Under the pieces are notes generated by a model. The model was not told the DNA's origin. It made no database searches and saw only the letters and a list, made by a program, of their open reading frames with translations. From Candidatus Brevefilum sp. (GTDB lineage Bacteria > Chloroflexota > Anaerolineae > Anaerolineales > Anaerolineaceae), in assembly GCA_036733105.1 (NCBI GenBank), contig DAINBD010000001.1, positions 1 to 55,010 of the forward strand: a stretch of DNA of 55,010 nucleotides. Reading direction: 5' to 3'. The translations under genes were made by a program, and so were the position numbers. This document shows, piece after piece, positions 20,877 through 30,256 of this stretch. How positions within the stretch are numbered: the stretch's first letter is position 1; every line of letters begins with the position of its first letter.

Positions 20877-21708
20877 CCTTCAGGAGCTCCAGAGAAACAT
20901 CCGGGATAAACTCCAAAGTGAAGGCGATGAGACCCCTACCAACACTTGCCTTGTATTGCTGAGCCATACACTCAAACAACCCAAAAGCTGGATCCTCGCC
21001 CATACGGATTATCAACCCGGTCAGGGAGAACTGGAGGAATTGAACGAACTTGTCGAAAAATTCCAATCTGGTGTTCCCCTGCCCTATTTGCTTGAGTATT
21101 GGGAATTTTTTGGACGAAGATTCAATGTCACGCATGATGTCCTCATTCCCCGCCCCGAAACTGAATTGTTGGTTGAGATGGCTCTTCAACACGCGAAAAA
21201 ATTGGATCGTCCCCTCCTGCTGGATATCGGCACCGGTTCAGGAGCAATAGCCGTCAGCCTTGCTGCTGAGATTCCCCTTGCCCATGTGATTGGCACAGAC
21301 ATTTCATTAGAAGCCTTGAAAATTGCCCGGGAGAATGCAAAAAATTTGAATCAAGACCGTGTCCTGTTCCTCCAGGCTGATCTGCTCCCGCCACTCTCCC
21401 AGGCACCTGATATCATCTGTGCTAATTTACCTTATATTCCGACCCAAACCCTGCAGACCCTGGATATTTATGGCAAAGAACCAAGCCTGGCATTGGACGG
21501 CGGTGCGGATGGCTTAGACATGATTCAGAATTTTCTCCAGCAGGCCAAAAACCAACTGGCAAAACAGGGCATGATCCTGCTTGAGATCGAAGCCGGCCAG
21601 GGAGTGTCTGCTATGGCTGTGTCCAGAAGCGCCTTCCCACGTGCAGACATTCAACTTCATCAAGATCTTCAGGGTAGAGACAGGGTCATAGAAATTATCC
21701 AGTACTAA
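20872..21708 (+). CDS. prmC: Release factor glutamine methyltransferase PrmC/HemK; probable ATT start
   Basis: VLIPRPETE, DIGTGSG, NLPY and ALDGG.DG. The frame is open 28 codons upstream of the track start, back to ATT 20872 behind SD GAGGAG, giving 278 aa. Product call is firm; the start is inferred. Confidence 0.92.
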   Translation: MNLQELQRNIRDKLQSEGDETPTNTCLVLLSHTLKQPKSWILAHTDYQPGQGELEELNELVEKFQSGVPLPYLLEYWEFFGRRFNVTHDVLIPRPETELLVEMALQHAKKLDRPLLLDIGTGSGAIAVSLAAEIPLAHVIGTDISLEALKIARENAKNLNQDRVLFLQADLLPPLSQAPDIICANLPYIPTQTLQTLDIYGKEPSLALDGGADGLDMIQNFLQQAKNQLAKQGMILLEIEAGQGVSAMAVSRSAFPRADIQLHQDLQGRDRVIEIIQY

Positions 21709-21763
21709 AAATAAATTTGGGTATAAAATGAGGACATCAACCCGGACTTAGAAAGGGGACCTT

Positions 21764-22390
21764 GTGAGCAAGACAAAGATCTTATCCATTCAGCACCCCC
21801 AAGCTATCCCAACTGCAAAAAAGATCATTGATGAGCACGGTACGATTGCCTTCCCAACGGATACCGTTTATGGAATTGCCGCCGATGCATTCAGTCCTAA
21901 AGGCATTCAAAAGATTTACCAAGCAAAAGAACGCTCCACTGAAAAAGCGCTGCCTGTGCTGATCGGAGACCTGGGGCAATTATCCAGTTTGGTGCCCACA
22001 ATTAGCGAACGTGTACTCAATATTGCTGCGGCTTTCTGGCCAGGTGCCTTGACCCTGATCCTGCCCAGGAGGATTGAGCTTCCTTCAGCTCTCACGCCCT
22101 ACCCAACCATCGGCATTCGAATGCCCAATTTGGATTTTACGCTCAAATTACTGTGCGAAACTGGCCCCCTGGCAACTACCTCAGCCAATTTATCCGGCAG
22201 TCCAAATCCAACGACTGCTCAGCAGGTCTTTGAACAGCTTGCTGGTCGTGTTGATCTGATCCTGGATGGTGGGACAGCACCTGGGACAACGGCTTCAACC
22301 GTTGTTGATGTCAGCGGACCTGAATTGGTGCTGCTTCGCCAGGGGCCGATCAGCCTTGAGGCAATTCAAGCCGTTTTCGACCAGGATTAA
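21764..22390 (+). CDS. tsaC: Threonylcarbamoyl-AMP synthase (YrdC domain only)
   Basis: FPTDTVYG, KER, WPGALT, TSANLSG and STVVD. Confidence 0.93.
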   Translation: MSKTKILSIQHPQAIPTAKKIIDEHGTIAFPTDTVYGIAADAFSPKGIQKIYQAKERSTEKALPVLIGDLGQLSSLVPTISERVLNIAAAFWPGALTLILPRRIELPSALTPYPTIGIRMPNLDFTLKLLCETGPLATTSANLSGSPNPTTAQQVFEQLAGRVDLILDGGTAPGTTASTVVDVSGPELVLLRQGPISLEAIQAVFDQD

Positions 22391-22392
22391 CC

Positions 22393-24738
22393 ATGGAAAT
22401 CAAAAATAATCACCTCAAATTATCCATCCTCCCAGAGCACGGTTCCTTTGAACTTGAGTCGGCACATTATGAAAAAGCCCACATCCGCAGCGGGTTGGCC
22501 GTCACATGCCGGGGAAATGGGAATACCCTTTCATTGCTCACCTCACCATGGGAAGTCCAGTCCATTCTTCAAGACAACAAGATCAGCACACCGGTCACCA
22601 ACCTGGAAGGTGTGATCATGACCATCCGTACCCCGCTGCCTGGTGCGGATGTGCTCCTAAAAATGGGTTTGGCTGAAGATCTCCCAATGGCATTCATCCA
22701 GATGACGGTCATCAACCACAGCCACCTGCCATTGTCAATGGCGCGTCTGGAACCCCTGATCATTCAACCCGGGCACTGCCAGATCACATCCTCAAAAGAG
22801 CCTGACTATGCGTTTTATAGCAACGGCTGGCAATCCTGGTCCACCACGGGCACCTATGGGAATGGCGAAAAACAGCGAAAAACCCGCCTGGGTCGACTGC
22901 ATGTGCCGATGGTGGTCAACCCGGGTACGCCCACACCCAGAAAACCCGGACATTTCTCGGGAGATATGTTTGGTGTTTTGGGAGATCGCACTTCACAGAT
23001 CGGTATTGCGGTAGGATTTTTGTCCCAAAAGCAGCATTTTGGAAGTTTGGAAGCAAAACTTGGATTTCAACCTTCCCTCAGCACGTGGGCAAATGGGGAT
23101 TTGGCTGTGTTGAATCCCGGTGAACAAACCCAAACCGATTGGGCGGTTTTAAGTTTTGTGGACCTGTCTGATGCGGAGCCTTTGAAGGATTATCTGGAAA
23201 CCGTGGCAAAAACCCACCAAATTCAACTTGAAAACGAGAAAATCCCTGTTGGGTGGTGCTCCTGGTATCACTATTACCAGAACGTAAAAGAAAGTGATAT
23301 CGAATCCAATCTTGAAGCAATTCTTTCAAGCCAGGAGGAATTGCCGCTCTCCCTGGTACAAATCGATGATGGATTCGAAGTGTATCCGGGCGACTGGTTT
23401 GATTTCGACCCCTTTTTCCCCAACGGGCTGAAATCCATTTCAGAAAAGATCCGAGCAGCCGGTCTCGCCCCGGGATTATGGCTGGCACCTTTCATCGTCC
23501 ATCCGAAAGCCAAACTGGTCAAAGAACACCCGGATTGGTTACTAAAAGATGATCGTGGGCATCCTGTCACTGCCGGGTTTGTCTGGAATCATCTCACCTA
23601 TGCACTTGATCTGACCCATCCGCAGGCGCTCGATTATGCTTTCAGTGTCATCCGAACAGCCGTTGAGGAATGGGGTTTTGAATACCTCAAACTTGATTTT
23701 CTTTATGCAGCAGCGGTTGAGGGCGTGTATCAGGACCGGACCAAAACCCGTGCACAGGTTTTACGTGAAGGTTTAGAAGCCCTGCGCCAGGCAGCTGGCG
23801 CACAGGTACGCATGCTTGCTTGCGGCTGCCCGTTGGGATCAGCGCTGGGTTTATTTGAAGCCATGCGCATCGGCGCAGATGTGAATGGTTACTGGCATCC
23901 CCATTTCCCTCCTGTGAGTAAAATTCTCCGCCGAGAGCCCAATATGCCATCCGCGCGAAATGCCATCCAGAACACCCTGACGCGTGCCATGGTCCACCGC
24001 AAATGGTGGGTCAATGACCCGGATTGCCTCCTCTTGAGACCCGATACCGACCTGACTTTGGCAGAAGTTCAATCTCTGGCTACTGTTATTGGCATGACGG
24101 GTGGTTCAATTCTGCTTTCGGATAATTTGACCGAACTCCCAAAAAACAGGATATCCATTGCCAAATCCTTACTGCCAGTGATCGATCAACCTGTTCGGGT
24201 TGTGGATTGGTTTAATGAATATACGCCCAAACTGCTCAGGATTGACTTCACTGGACCGCAGGGCGCATGGCATGTGCTGGCAGCCTTCAATTGGTACGAT
24301 CACCCTGCAACACTGAGACTGTTTCCAGCGCTGTTTAGGCTAAATTCTGATCAAGATTGGCGTTTACGAGAATTTTGGACGGGGCAGATTGGAAAGATGA
24401 ACGCCCATTCTCCATTCGTTTTCACAGATGTCCCTGCCCATGGGGTGCGGGTGGTTGCGGCAGTACCATTTCGCACTGAACAACCAGCTTATTTGGGAAG
24501 CACTCTGCATCTTTCACAGGGGATGGAAATTAGCGAGTGGAAAGACCAAAATAATGAACTGAAAATCAGCTTCAAGCTTGGGCGTAAAGCTGCAGGAAAG
24601 GTGTTCTTGTTTCTCCCATGGGAGCCCAAAAGCGCATATATCAAGGACCGATCTCACAAGATATCTGATGAAGGAAGCGGGATTTATTCGGTTGATTTTG
24701 AAAATGCCGACGGTGAAACACTCCTGATCAACAAATAA
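22393..24738 (+). CDS. Glycoside hydrolase family 36 (alpha-galactosidase-like)
   Basis: GWCSWY, QIDDG, GLWLAPF, YLKLDF, MRIGAD and NDPDC. Confidence 0.88.
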   Translation: MEIKNNHLKLSILPEHGSFELESAHYEKAHIRSGLAVTCRGNGNTLSLLTSPWEVQSILQDNKISTPVTNLEGVIMTIRTPLPGADVLLKMGLAEDLPMAFIQMTVINHSHLPLSMARLEPLIIQPGHCQITSSKEPDYAFYSNGWQSWSTTGTYGNGEKQRKTRLGRLHVPMVVNPGTPTPRKPGHFSGDMFGVLGDRTSQIGIAVGFLSQKQHFGSLEAKLGFQPSLSTWANGDLAVLNPGEQTQTDWAVLSFVDLSDAEPLKDYLETVAKTHQIQLENEKIPVGWCSWYHYYQNVKESDIESNLEAILSSQEELPLSLVQIDDGFEVYPGDWFDFDPFFPNGLKSISEKIRAAGLAPGLWLAPFIVHPKAKLVKEHPDWLLKDDRGHPVTAGFVWNHLTYALDLTHPQALDYAFSVIRTAVEEWGFEYLKLDFLYAAAVEGVYQDRTKTRAQVLREGLEALRQAAGAQVRMLACGCPLGSALGLFEAMRIGADVNGYWHPHFPPVSKILRREPNMPSARNAIQNTLTRAMVHRKWWVNDPDCLLLRPDTDLTLAEVQSLATVIGMTGGSILLSDNLTELPKNRISIAKSLLPVIDQPVRVVDWFNEYTPKLLRIDFTGPQGAWHVLAAFNWYDHPATLRLFPALFRLNSDQDWRLREFWTGQIGKMNAHSPFVFTDVPAHGVRVVAAVPFRTEQPAYLGSTLHLSQGMEISEWKDQNNELKISFKLGRKAAGKVFLFLPWEPKSAYIKDRSHKISDEGSGIYSVDFENADGETLLINK

Positions 24739-24775
24739 GGGCAAACTTCATAAATGCGACCCTTTTGAATAAGAT

Positions 24776-26155
24776 CTATCCAACACTCTCAATCGCACGC
24801 CTTTTTTCATCCTCATCTTCTTGTTCAGAGGCTTTTTCGACCTGGTCGGGTACCGCATCTGGAATCTCAGTTTCAATGTTGCGGATGCGGGGATTCAGAT
24901 AGGCTAACCCGCTGATCAATAACAGGAACACCCCGCTGCAGATAAACATCAACCCTATGCCGCGTCCCGGACCCACACCCAACAATCCCCCGACAAAGGT
25001 GTCAGCAAGCACCCCCCCTTCCAAAAGCAGAGGACTGAATACTTTATCCGCCATAATACCACTCATTAGAAATGCAACAGGCATCATCGACAACGAGATC
25101 ATGCTGCGTGTCGAAAACACCCGCCCCTGAACATCCGGTGCAACCTTGGCCGCAAAGAGGGCAGAACTTGGACCTGAACCAAAGGGGATGAAGAACAACA
25201 GCACAAACATGCCAATCGCGATAAAGGCCAGCGATGAGCGGAAACCTGCAATGATAAACCCCAACGATGAAAGCGAGATTGCGCCCACAATGGTTTTCAC
25301 CCGGTTTTTCTTGGGTCCACCCCACAGGCTCATTAAGAAACTGCCACCTAACATACCCACCCCCATCATCGTCTGCGCAAACCCCATGCTCGCTGCCGAA
25401 CTGAATGAGAGGACTAAGGGACCGATAAGAACGGAAGAAATATTGGCAAGGAAATTCACACCCGCAAAATAGAGAAGTAATCCCAACAGACCTCGTCTCT
25501 CCAACAGGTATCGCCATCCAAAAACAATGTCTCGAAAAACCGTCTTCTGCCTGGTTTCACCCAGATCGGTTCGCTCTGGCTGGGGAATAAACACCAGGAT
25601 CAACGTGACAATTGCGATGAGATAGGTTACGACATCGATCAAGAGGACCCCCCTCATCCCAATGATCCCAAAAAGGGCACCTGCCAGGATAGGTGTCAGG
25701 GTGGCCTCGATTGCCTCACCCAGCTGTACCAGGCTGTTTGCCCGTGTGAGCTGTTCTTTGGGAACCAGCATCACAATGGAAGCCGAATAGGCGGGCTGCT
25801 GAAAGGAAGCAAAAATCGATCCAAGAAAGCTAAACAAATACACCATCCAGACCTGCATCTGACCTGTAGCAAGTAAAATTGCTGTGGCAATGGTGATCAA
25901 CCCTGAAAGCGAATCGGAGATCAACATGATCCTTTTCCGATTCCACCGGTCGGACACAGCACCTGCAATTGGCGAAAGAAGAATGCGCGGCACTGTGCTG
26001 AAAAGCGCCGTTAATGCAAAGGGCGTCGCCTGACCGGTCTGATCATAGATCCAAACAGCCAGGGCAAACCCTATCAAGCCTGAGCCGATCATCGAAGCAA
26101 GCTGACCCAGCCAGATGACAAAAAATGTCTTCATCCCCTTATTGGGTTTAATCAT
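24776..26155 (-). CDS. MFS transporter (DHA3/MefA-like exporter)
   Basis: WLGQLASMIGS, DRWNRK, FQQPA and QGRVFS; about 12 TM segments. Confidence 0.88.
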   Translation of the reverse strand: MIKPNKGMKTFFVIWLGQLASMIGSGLIGFALAVWIYDQTGQATPFALTALFSTVPRILLSPIAGAVSDRWNRKRIMLISDSLSGLITIATAILLATGQMQVWMVYLFSFLGSIFASFQQPAYSASIVMLVPKEQLTRANSLVQLGEAIEATLTPILAGALFGIIGMRGVLLIDVVTYLIAIVTLILVFIPQPERTDLGETRQKTVFRDIVFGWRYLLERRGLLGLLLYFAGVNFLANISSVLIGPLVLSFSSAASMGFAQTMMGVGMLGGSFLMSLWGGPKKNRVKTIVGAISLSSLGFIIAGFRSSLAFIAIGMFVLLFFIPFGSGPSSALFAAKVAPDVQGRVFSTRSMISLSMMPVAFLMSGIMADKVFSPLLLEGGVLADTFVGGLLGVGPGRGIGLMFICSGVFLLLISGLAYLNPRIRNIETEIPDAVPDQVEKASEQEDEDEKRRAIESVG

Positions 26156-26160
26156 GTGGT

Positions 26161-26796
26161 CTATACCCTTTCGTCATCATCATTGTTTTCATAATAAAAA
26201 TTCGGATATAGAAAACAGGCCAGGCTAAAATAATTAATATCATCACCCAAACCGGTCTCTTCGGGCAATTCTGAGAATTCTTTGATCAAAGATTGTAAAC
26301 GCTTAATGAATTTCTGATAGGTCTCATCGCTCAACCGTTTCCGCAGTGAATTGATGATCATATCACGCGGTATTGGTCGGGCGCCCTGTTCCAGGTTGTA
26401 ACTTCTGGCTTGAAGACTGCGCAATATTTCTGAGCGAATTGCTTCTAAGGAAGAAGTGACAACACTGACCAGATTCTCCCTGGCTTTTCCAGATGAAAAA
26501 TCAAGCAGAACCTTATCAATTTCAATTTCCTCAGCAGCAAGCCAATAGCGCTTCTCCATCAGGTTATTGACCATTCGGGTTTCAACAACCTCGATCAGGC
26601 CTCGCTCTTCAAGCAGGTTGAAGTGATAATAAAGACGGCTGCTGGACAATCCCAGCTGATTTGCAACCTGGTTGATCGTCATAGGCTTTGCAGAAAGGAT
26701 ATCGATAATTTGAAGCCGCAGCGGGTCGGTGATGATACGCAAAGTTTCAAGATCTTCGATCAATAAGACTGGTTTCCGTTGAGGTTTATTTTCCAT
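26161..26796 (-). CDS. ArsR-like winged-helix transcriptional regulator
   Basis: DPLRLQII, LYYHFNLLEERGLI and EKRY; directly upstream of the MFS gene. Confidence 0.85.
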   Translation of the reverse strand: MENKPQRKPVLLIEDLETLRIITDPLRLQIIDILSAKPMTINQVANQLGLSSSRLYYHFNLLEERGLIEVVETRMVNNLMEKRYWLAAEEIEIDKVLLDFSSGKARENLVSVVTSSLEAIRSEILRSLQARSYNLEQGARPIPRDMIINSLRKRLSDETYQKFIKRLQSLIKEFSELPEETGLGDDINYFSLACFLYPNFYYENNDDDERV

Positions 26797-26806
26797 TTAA
26801 ATTTCC

Positions 26807-26836
26807 TTTATCATTAAAATTTATTTTAACGATAAA
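26807..26836. promoter_or_regulatory. Probable operator (14-2-14 inverted repeat)
   Basis: TTTATCATTAAAAT-TT-ATTTTAACGATAAA, 13 of 14 positions complementary, lying between the -10 box and the regulator start. Confidence 0.75.
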
Positions 26837-26839
26837 ACT

Positions 26840-26868
26840 ATTTTATAATCATTGTTTGCTTTTGTCAA
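26840..26868 (-). promoter_or_regulatory. Sigma70-type promoter of the regulator-MFS operon
   Basis: Minus strand TTGACA (26868-26863), 17-nt spacer, TAAAAT (26845-26840). Confidence 0.75.
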
Positions 26869-27100
26869 CAGGAAGTTTCCTTCCATTTTTGACGGATTGG
26901 TTTCCCCCATCCCCATTTGTACGAAGATCAGAATGAATGTGATCTTGGTCGTTAAACAGGTTTTATGTGTGTTCATAGCCACGGAACAGAAAAACACCCG
27001 TCCAATTTGAAAGGTTTATCTCGCAGATCAGCGGACTGAAGCCCTCCGAATTGCGATTTTTCTAAGCACATTGTCTATTTAAGGAAATTAGACCAAATTA

Positions 27101-27134
27101 AAGAAAGAGAGGCTGCCAGATTCAGACAGCCTCT
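27101..27134 (-). terminator. Intrinsic terminator after the DUF4349 gene
   Basis: AGAGGCTG-N11-CAGCCTCT followed on the minus strand by CTTTCTT. Confidence 0.65.
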
Positions 27135-27164
27135 TCTTGTTCATTCTATTTGATCATTAGGTGA

Positions 27165-28127
27165 TCACGCTGATTCATCCACCGGTTCGATTTCTTCCAC
27201 CACTTCAACTTTTTCAGCTTGTCTTTTTGCTCGCCGCTTTCGTAAAAACCGAACCAGGAAGTACACACCAATTCCTAAGGGGATCAGGAAAGGCAGGCAG
27301 AAGATACCAAACCAGATCACAGCATCCGCCAGGAACTGGCCCGCCTCGATCAACTTCTCGACAGCATTCTTGATGGTGCCCTTTGGCTGCCAGCCAACGA
27401 TTTCAATCGGCCTGAGGGATTCCTTCGCTCGAATCTCCACGGTTAGAGAGGACAGGGCAACCGACTCTTGAAGATACTTCATCCGCCCTTTGACCACTTC
27501 AATTTCACCCCGATAATAGGTTAATTGTTCAAAGATATTCAGGACATCCTCAGGTTCTTTTGCCTCTTCCATCATCTTGACCAACGCTTCTTCCGCTGCT
27601 TCCAGGTTGCGTAAGCGTGATTCAAGGTCGGTGTACTCTGCAGTCACATCCTGACCGGAAACATTTTCAGAGATGACATCTTCCTCAGGATTTGGCGTCA
27701 GACCTTTAATCGCTTCAATAATTGAATCCAGCTCCCCTGCCGGTACCCTGACCGTCAGGTTGGCGGAAGGCAGGCTACCCCTATCCGTGTAGGCTTTATA
27801 AACATTGGAATTGACTACAAAACCGCCCGCTTTTTCAGCCATATCAATTACGGATTGCAAAGCTGTCTCCGGATTTTCAACCGCAATTTCCATGTAAGCG
27901 TTGTACATCACCATTCGGTTGGTCACATCTGACGCAGAATTTACGCCTACACCATAACCATCCTGGGATTCTGCATATTCTTCCTCAACGACGTCAAAAT
28001 CCATAGCCGGTTCCTGTGGGGCTGATTCCATAACTTGCTTGTCTGATCGTCCCATGGCAGCACAAGAGCTCAGTGCCACGCTGAGGACAATGATTAATAT
28101 CGCGATTCGAACTAATTTTTTTGGCAT
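27165..28127 (-). CDS. DUF4349-type lipoprotein with a C-terminal TM helix
   Basis: Lipobox LSSC, LTVRVPA, QDVTAEYTDLESRL coiled coil, C-terminal TM followed by a basic stretch. ATG 28127 follows AAGGAG. Confidence 0.8.
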   Translation of the reverse strand: MPKKLVRIAILIIVLSVALSSCAAMGRSDKQVMESAPQEPAMDFDVVEEEYAESQDGYGVGVNSASDVTNRMVMYNAYMEIAVENPETALQSVIDMAEKAGGFVVNSNVYKAYTDRGSLPSANLTVRVPAGELDSIIEAIKGLTPNPEEDVISENVSGQDVTAEYTDLESRLRNLEAAEEALVKMMEEAKEPEDVLNIFEQLTYYRGEIEVVKGRMKYLQESVALSSLTVEIRAKESLRPIEIVGWQPKGTIKNAVEKLIEAGQFLADAVIWFGIFCLPFLIPLGIGVYFLVRFLRKRRAKRQAEKVEVVEEIEPVDESA

Positions 28128-28218
28128 CTCATTCTCCTTCCACAAATTGCTTCAATGTTATTTTATACCTATTAGACGCCTGCAGTTGCAGATTTGTTCC
28201 ATGTTTAAATCGTGTCGT

Positions 28219-28950
28219 TTACCATCCCTGGGCTAAACGTGAGGCATGATGGTGCGGCAGACCTGCTGCGCGAATCCGCTTTTGGACACTTTCAATATCA
28301 TATGTGGCCCGATGGAAAGACCACTGCCCTAATTCATCATCATAGATCATAAACGCAGCGCGGGGATCATGATCCCGCGGTTGCCCCACAGACCCGGGAT
28401 TGATGATCGCCTTTCGATCAATGTAAAAAATATTGCCAGGCAACAGAAGATACCAGCCTACGTCTTGCGTTCTTACATCTTCTAATTGAAAAATGCAGGG
28501 AATATGCGTATGCCCGATCAAACACACATCCGTTTCAAATCCATTCATATTGATCTGGGCTGTCTCAATGTCCATGATATATTCCCAAACCGGATTTCTG
28601 GGACTGCCATGGACAAGGGTTGTCTCCCCGAGGACAATTCTTTCTCCCAAAGAATCAAGCCAGGCATAATTTCTAGGCTTGATCACCCGTGCCAGCCAGT
28701 CTAATGAAGCCTGTGCTTCATAATTGAAAGCAGCCATATCGATTTCTCCGATAATGGCTGCATCATGATTTCCTTTCACACATTCAAGTTCTGGAAGATC
28801 CCGCAAACGTTCAATGCACTCATTAGGATCAGGACCGTATCCCACAACATCGCCCAGACACCATACACGATCAAATGGTTCTGCCGCATCCAAAACAGCT
28901 TCAAGCGCATTTAAGTTTGCATGGATGTCTGAAATGATCAATGTGCGCAT
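28219..28950 (-). CDS. Metallophosphoesterase (calcineurin-like)
   Basis: SDIHAN, GDVVGYG, GNHD, HGSP, GHTH and NPGSVGQPRD. Confidence 0.9.
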   Translation of the reverse strand: MRTLIISDIHANLNALEAVLDAAEPFDRVWCLGDVVGYGPDPNECIERLRDLPELECVKGNHDAAIIGEIDMAAFNYEAQASLDWLARVIKPRNYAWLDSLGERIVLGETTLVHGSPRNPVWEYIMDIETAQINMNGFETDVCLIGHTHIPCIFQLEDVRTQDVGWYLLLPGNIFYIDRKAIINPGSVGQPRDHDPRAAFMIYDDELGQWSFHRATYDIESVQKRIRAAGLPHHHASRLAQGW

Positions 28951-28956
28951 AAAATT

Positions 28957-30156
28957 TTAGGGCATATGGAATTCAAAGGTCCATTCGCCATCGGCTTCCG
29001 TTACATTTGAATTTTCTCCAAAGATCACCACCCAGGTGTTGCCGGGTTTGAGTGGGAATACTTCACCATTTTCATCCAGATACTGGATCGGTAAATCTCT
29101 CTGCGGGGTTGTCCAGGTAAGATCATAAGCCTGCCCATCGCGAAACACGATCGCTCGCTGACCAACCACATTCCAGAGGTCAATATCATGAAGCGCCGGT
29201 GCCAGCTCAGTGTAATTAGCAAACAGCAAGACAACATTGGAAAAAGCCAACTGTTCATCCGTGATCCGATCGACCAACGGGATCATGCCTGAACCAGTGC
29301 CGTCGCCCTCTTCAATCCAGCGTAGATATTTCCCGCTATCCTCGTCGAAAAGCCATTCACCACGGTTGAAACGGGTGAATAAAACCGAAGCTTTTGTGCC
29401 GGATTCTCCACCATTTGGTGCTGCGGGATCAAAAGCCATACCATCAAGATTGTAGCGGCGATTATCGACCCCATGTTCTGAACCATAGGTTGTCATCGCT
29501 TCTGAATTTGCAAAAACACTTGTGACAATATAGCGGCCATCATCACATAACGCCGGGCATGTATCCCTGCCGCTGATCACACGGTTGCCAAGAATATCTG
29601 TAATGTGATCATAAACAGTGATATATGCGCTTTCCATCCCAAGAACACCTTCGTAAAGGCTGACGATGTAGGGATCAACCAGTCGTCCTGAACGAACCGG
29701 ACCAATTTTGTCAATATCCTGACCGTAGAAGAGCCCCATAAAGCGATTGGCTCCTGCGCCAATATAGTATTCAAAGACCATATCCGCATAGGATAGGCCG
29801 GCATGCGGCCTTCCTGAAATCGGATAGTTAGCAACCTTCACCAGAACAGGGCGCCGATCAAGGATCGTTGAATCAGCCACCTGCAGACCGGTTAGAGGAT
29901 TGACATCATCCGGAAAACCTGTTGGTCCTACCGGACCAAGGGTAGGAATGGGTGTTGCTGTATCAGTCACCACCTCAGTCACTTCTTCTGTTGGGGAAGG
30001 GTTCTGTGTTTCCTCAGGAATCGCTGCCATGGTTTGCGCAGCATAAGTGCCGGCCATACTTAAATCCGGAGTGCCAACTGGCTGACAGGCTGCTACGCCA
30101 AGTGCCATTACGACTAAAACCATCCAGTATATGCTTCTTTTATGATTGATATTCAT
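28957..30156 (-). CDS. DUF3048-type lipoprotein
   Basis: Lipobox VAAC, Pro/Thr linker, NPLTG, RPHAGL, GPVRSGR and LKPGNTW. Confidence 0.78.
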   Translation of the reverse strand: MNINHKRSIYWMVLVVMALGVAACQPVGTPDLSMAGTYAAQTMAAIPEETQNPSPTEEVTEVVTDTATPIPTLGPVGPTGFPDDVNPLTGLQVADSTILDRRPVLVKVANYPISGRPHAGLSYADMVFEYYIGAGANRFMGLFYGQDIDKIGPVRSGRLVDPYIVSLYEGVLGMESAYITVYDHITDILGNRVISGRDTCPALCDDGRYIVTSVFANSEAMTTYGSEHGVDNRRYNLDGMAFDPAAPNGGESGTKASVLFTRFNRGEWLFDEDSGKYLRWIEEGDGTGSGMIPLVDRITDEQLAFSNVVLLFANYTELAPALHDIDLWNVVGQRAIVFRDGQAYDLTWTTPQRDLPIQYLDENGEVFPLKPGNTWVVIFGENSNVTEADGEWTFEFHMP

Positions 30157-30256
30157 TTTCACCTCTGGCATAATTGTACCCTAGTTGTAGATTTTACTTA
30201 AAAAATTTTTCTAAAAAATAAAGCTTTTTGTTATCCCTAAGATTGCGAAATGAATT

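Noticed and set aside
20956..21708. prmC as a 5'-truncated gene or pseudogene
   Set aside because: The frame continues upstream without stops and encodes a plausible N-terminal domain behind a good SD.
27021..27056. REP-like hairpin (TCGCA...GCGGACTGAAGCCCTCCG...TGCGA)
   Set aside because: Single imperfect copy in the window; a repeat family cannot be supported.
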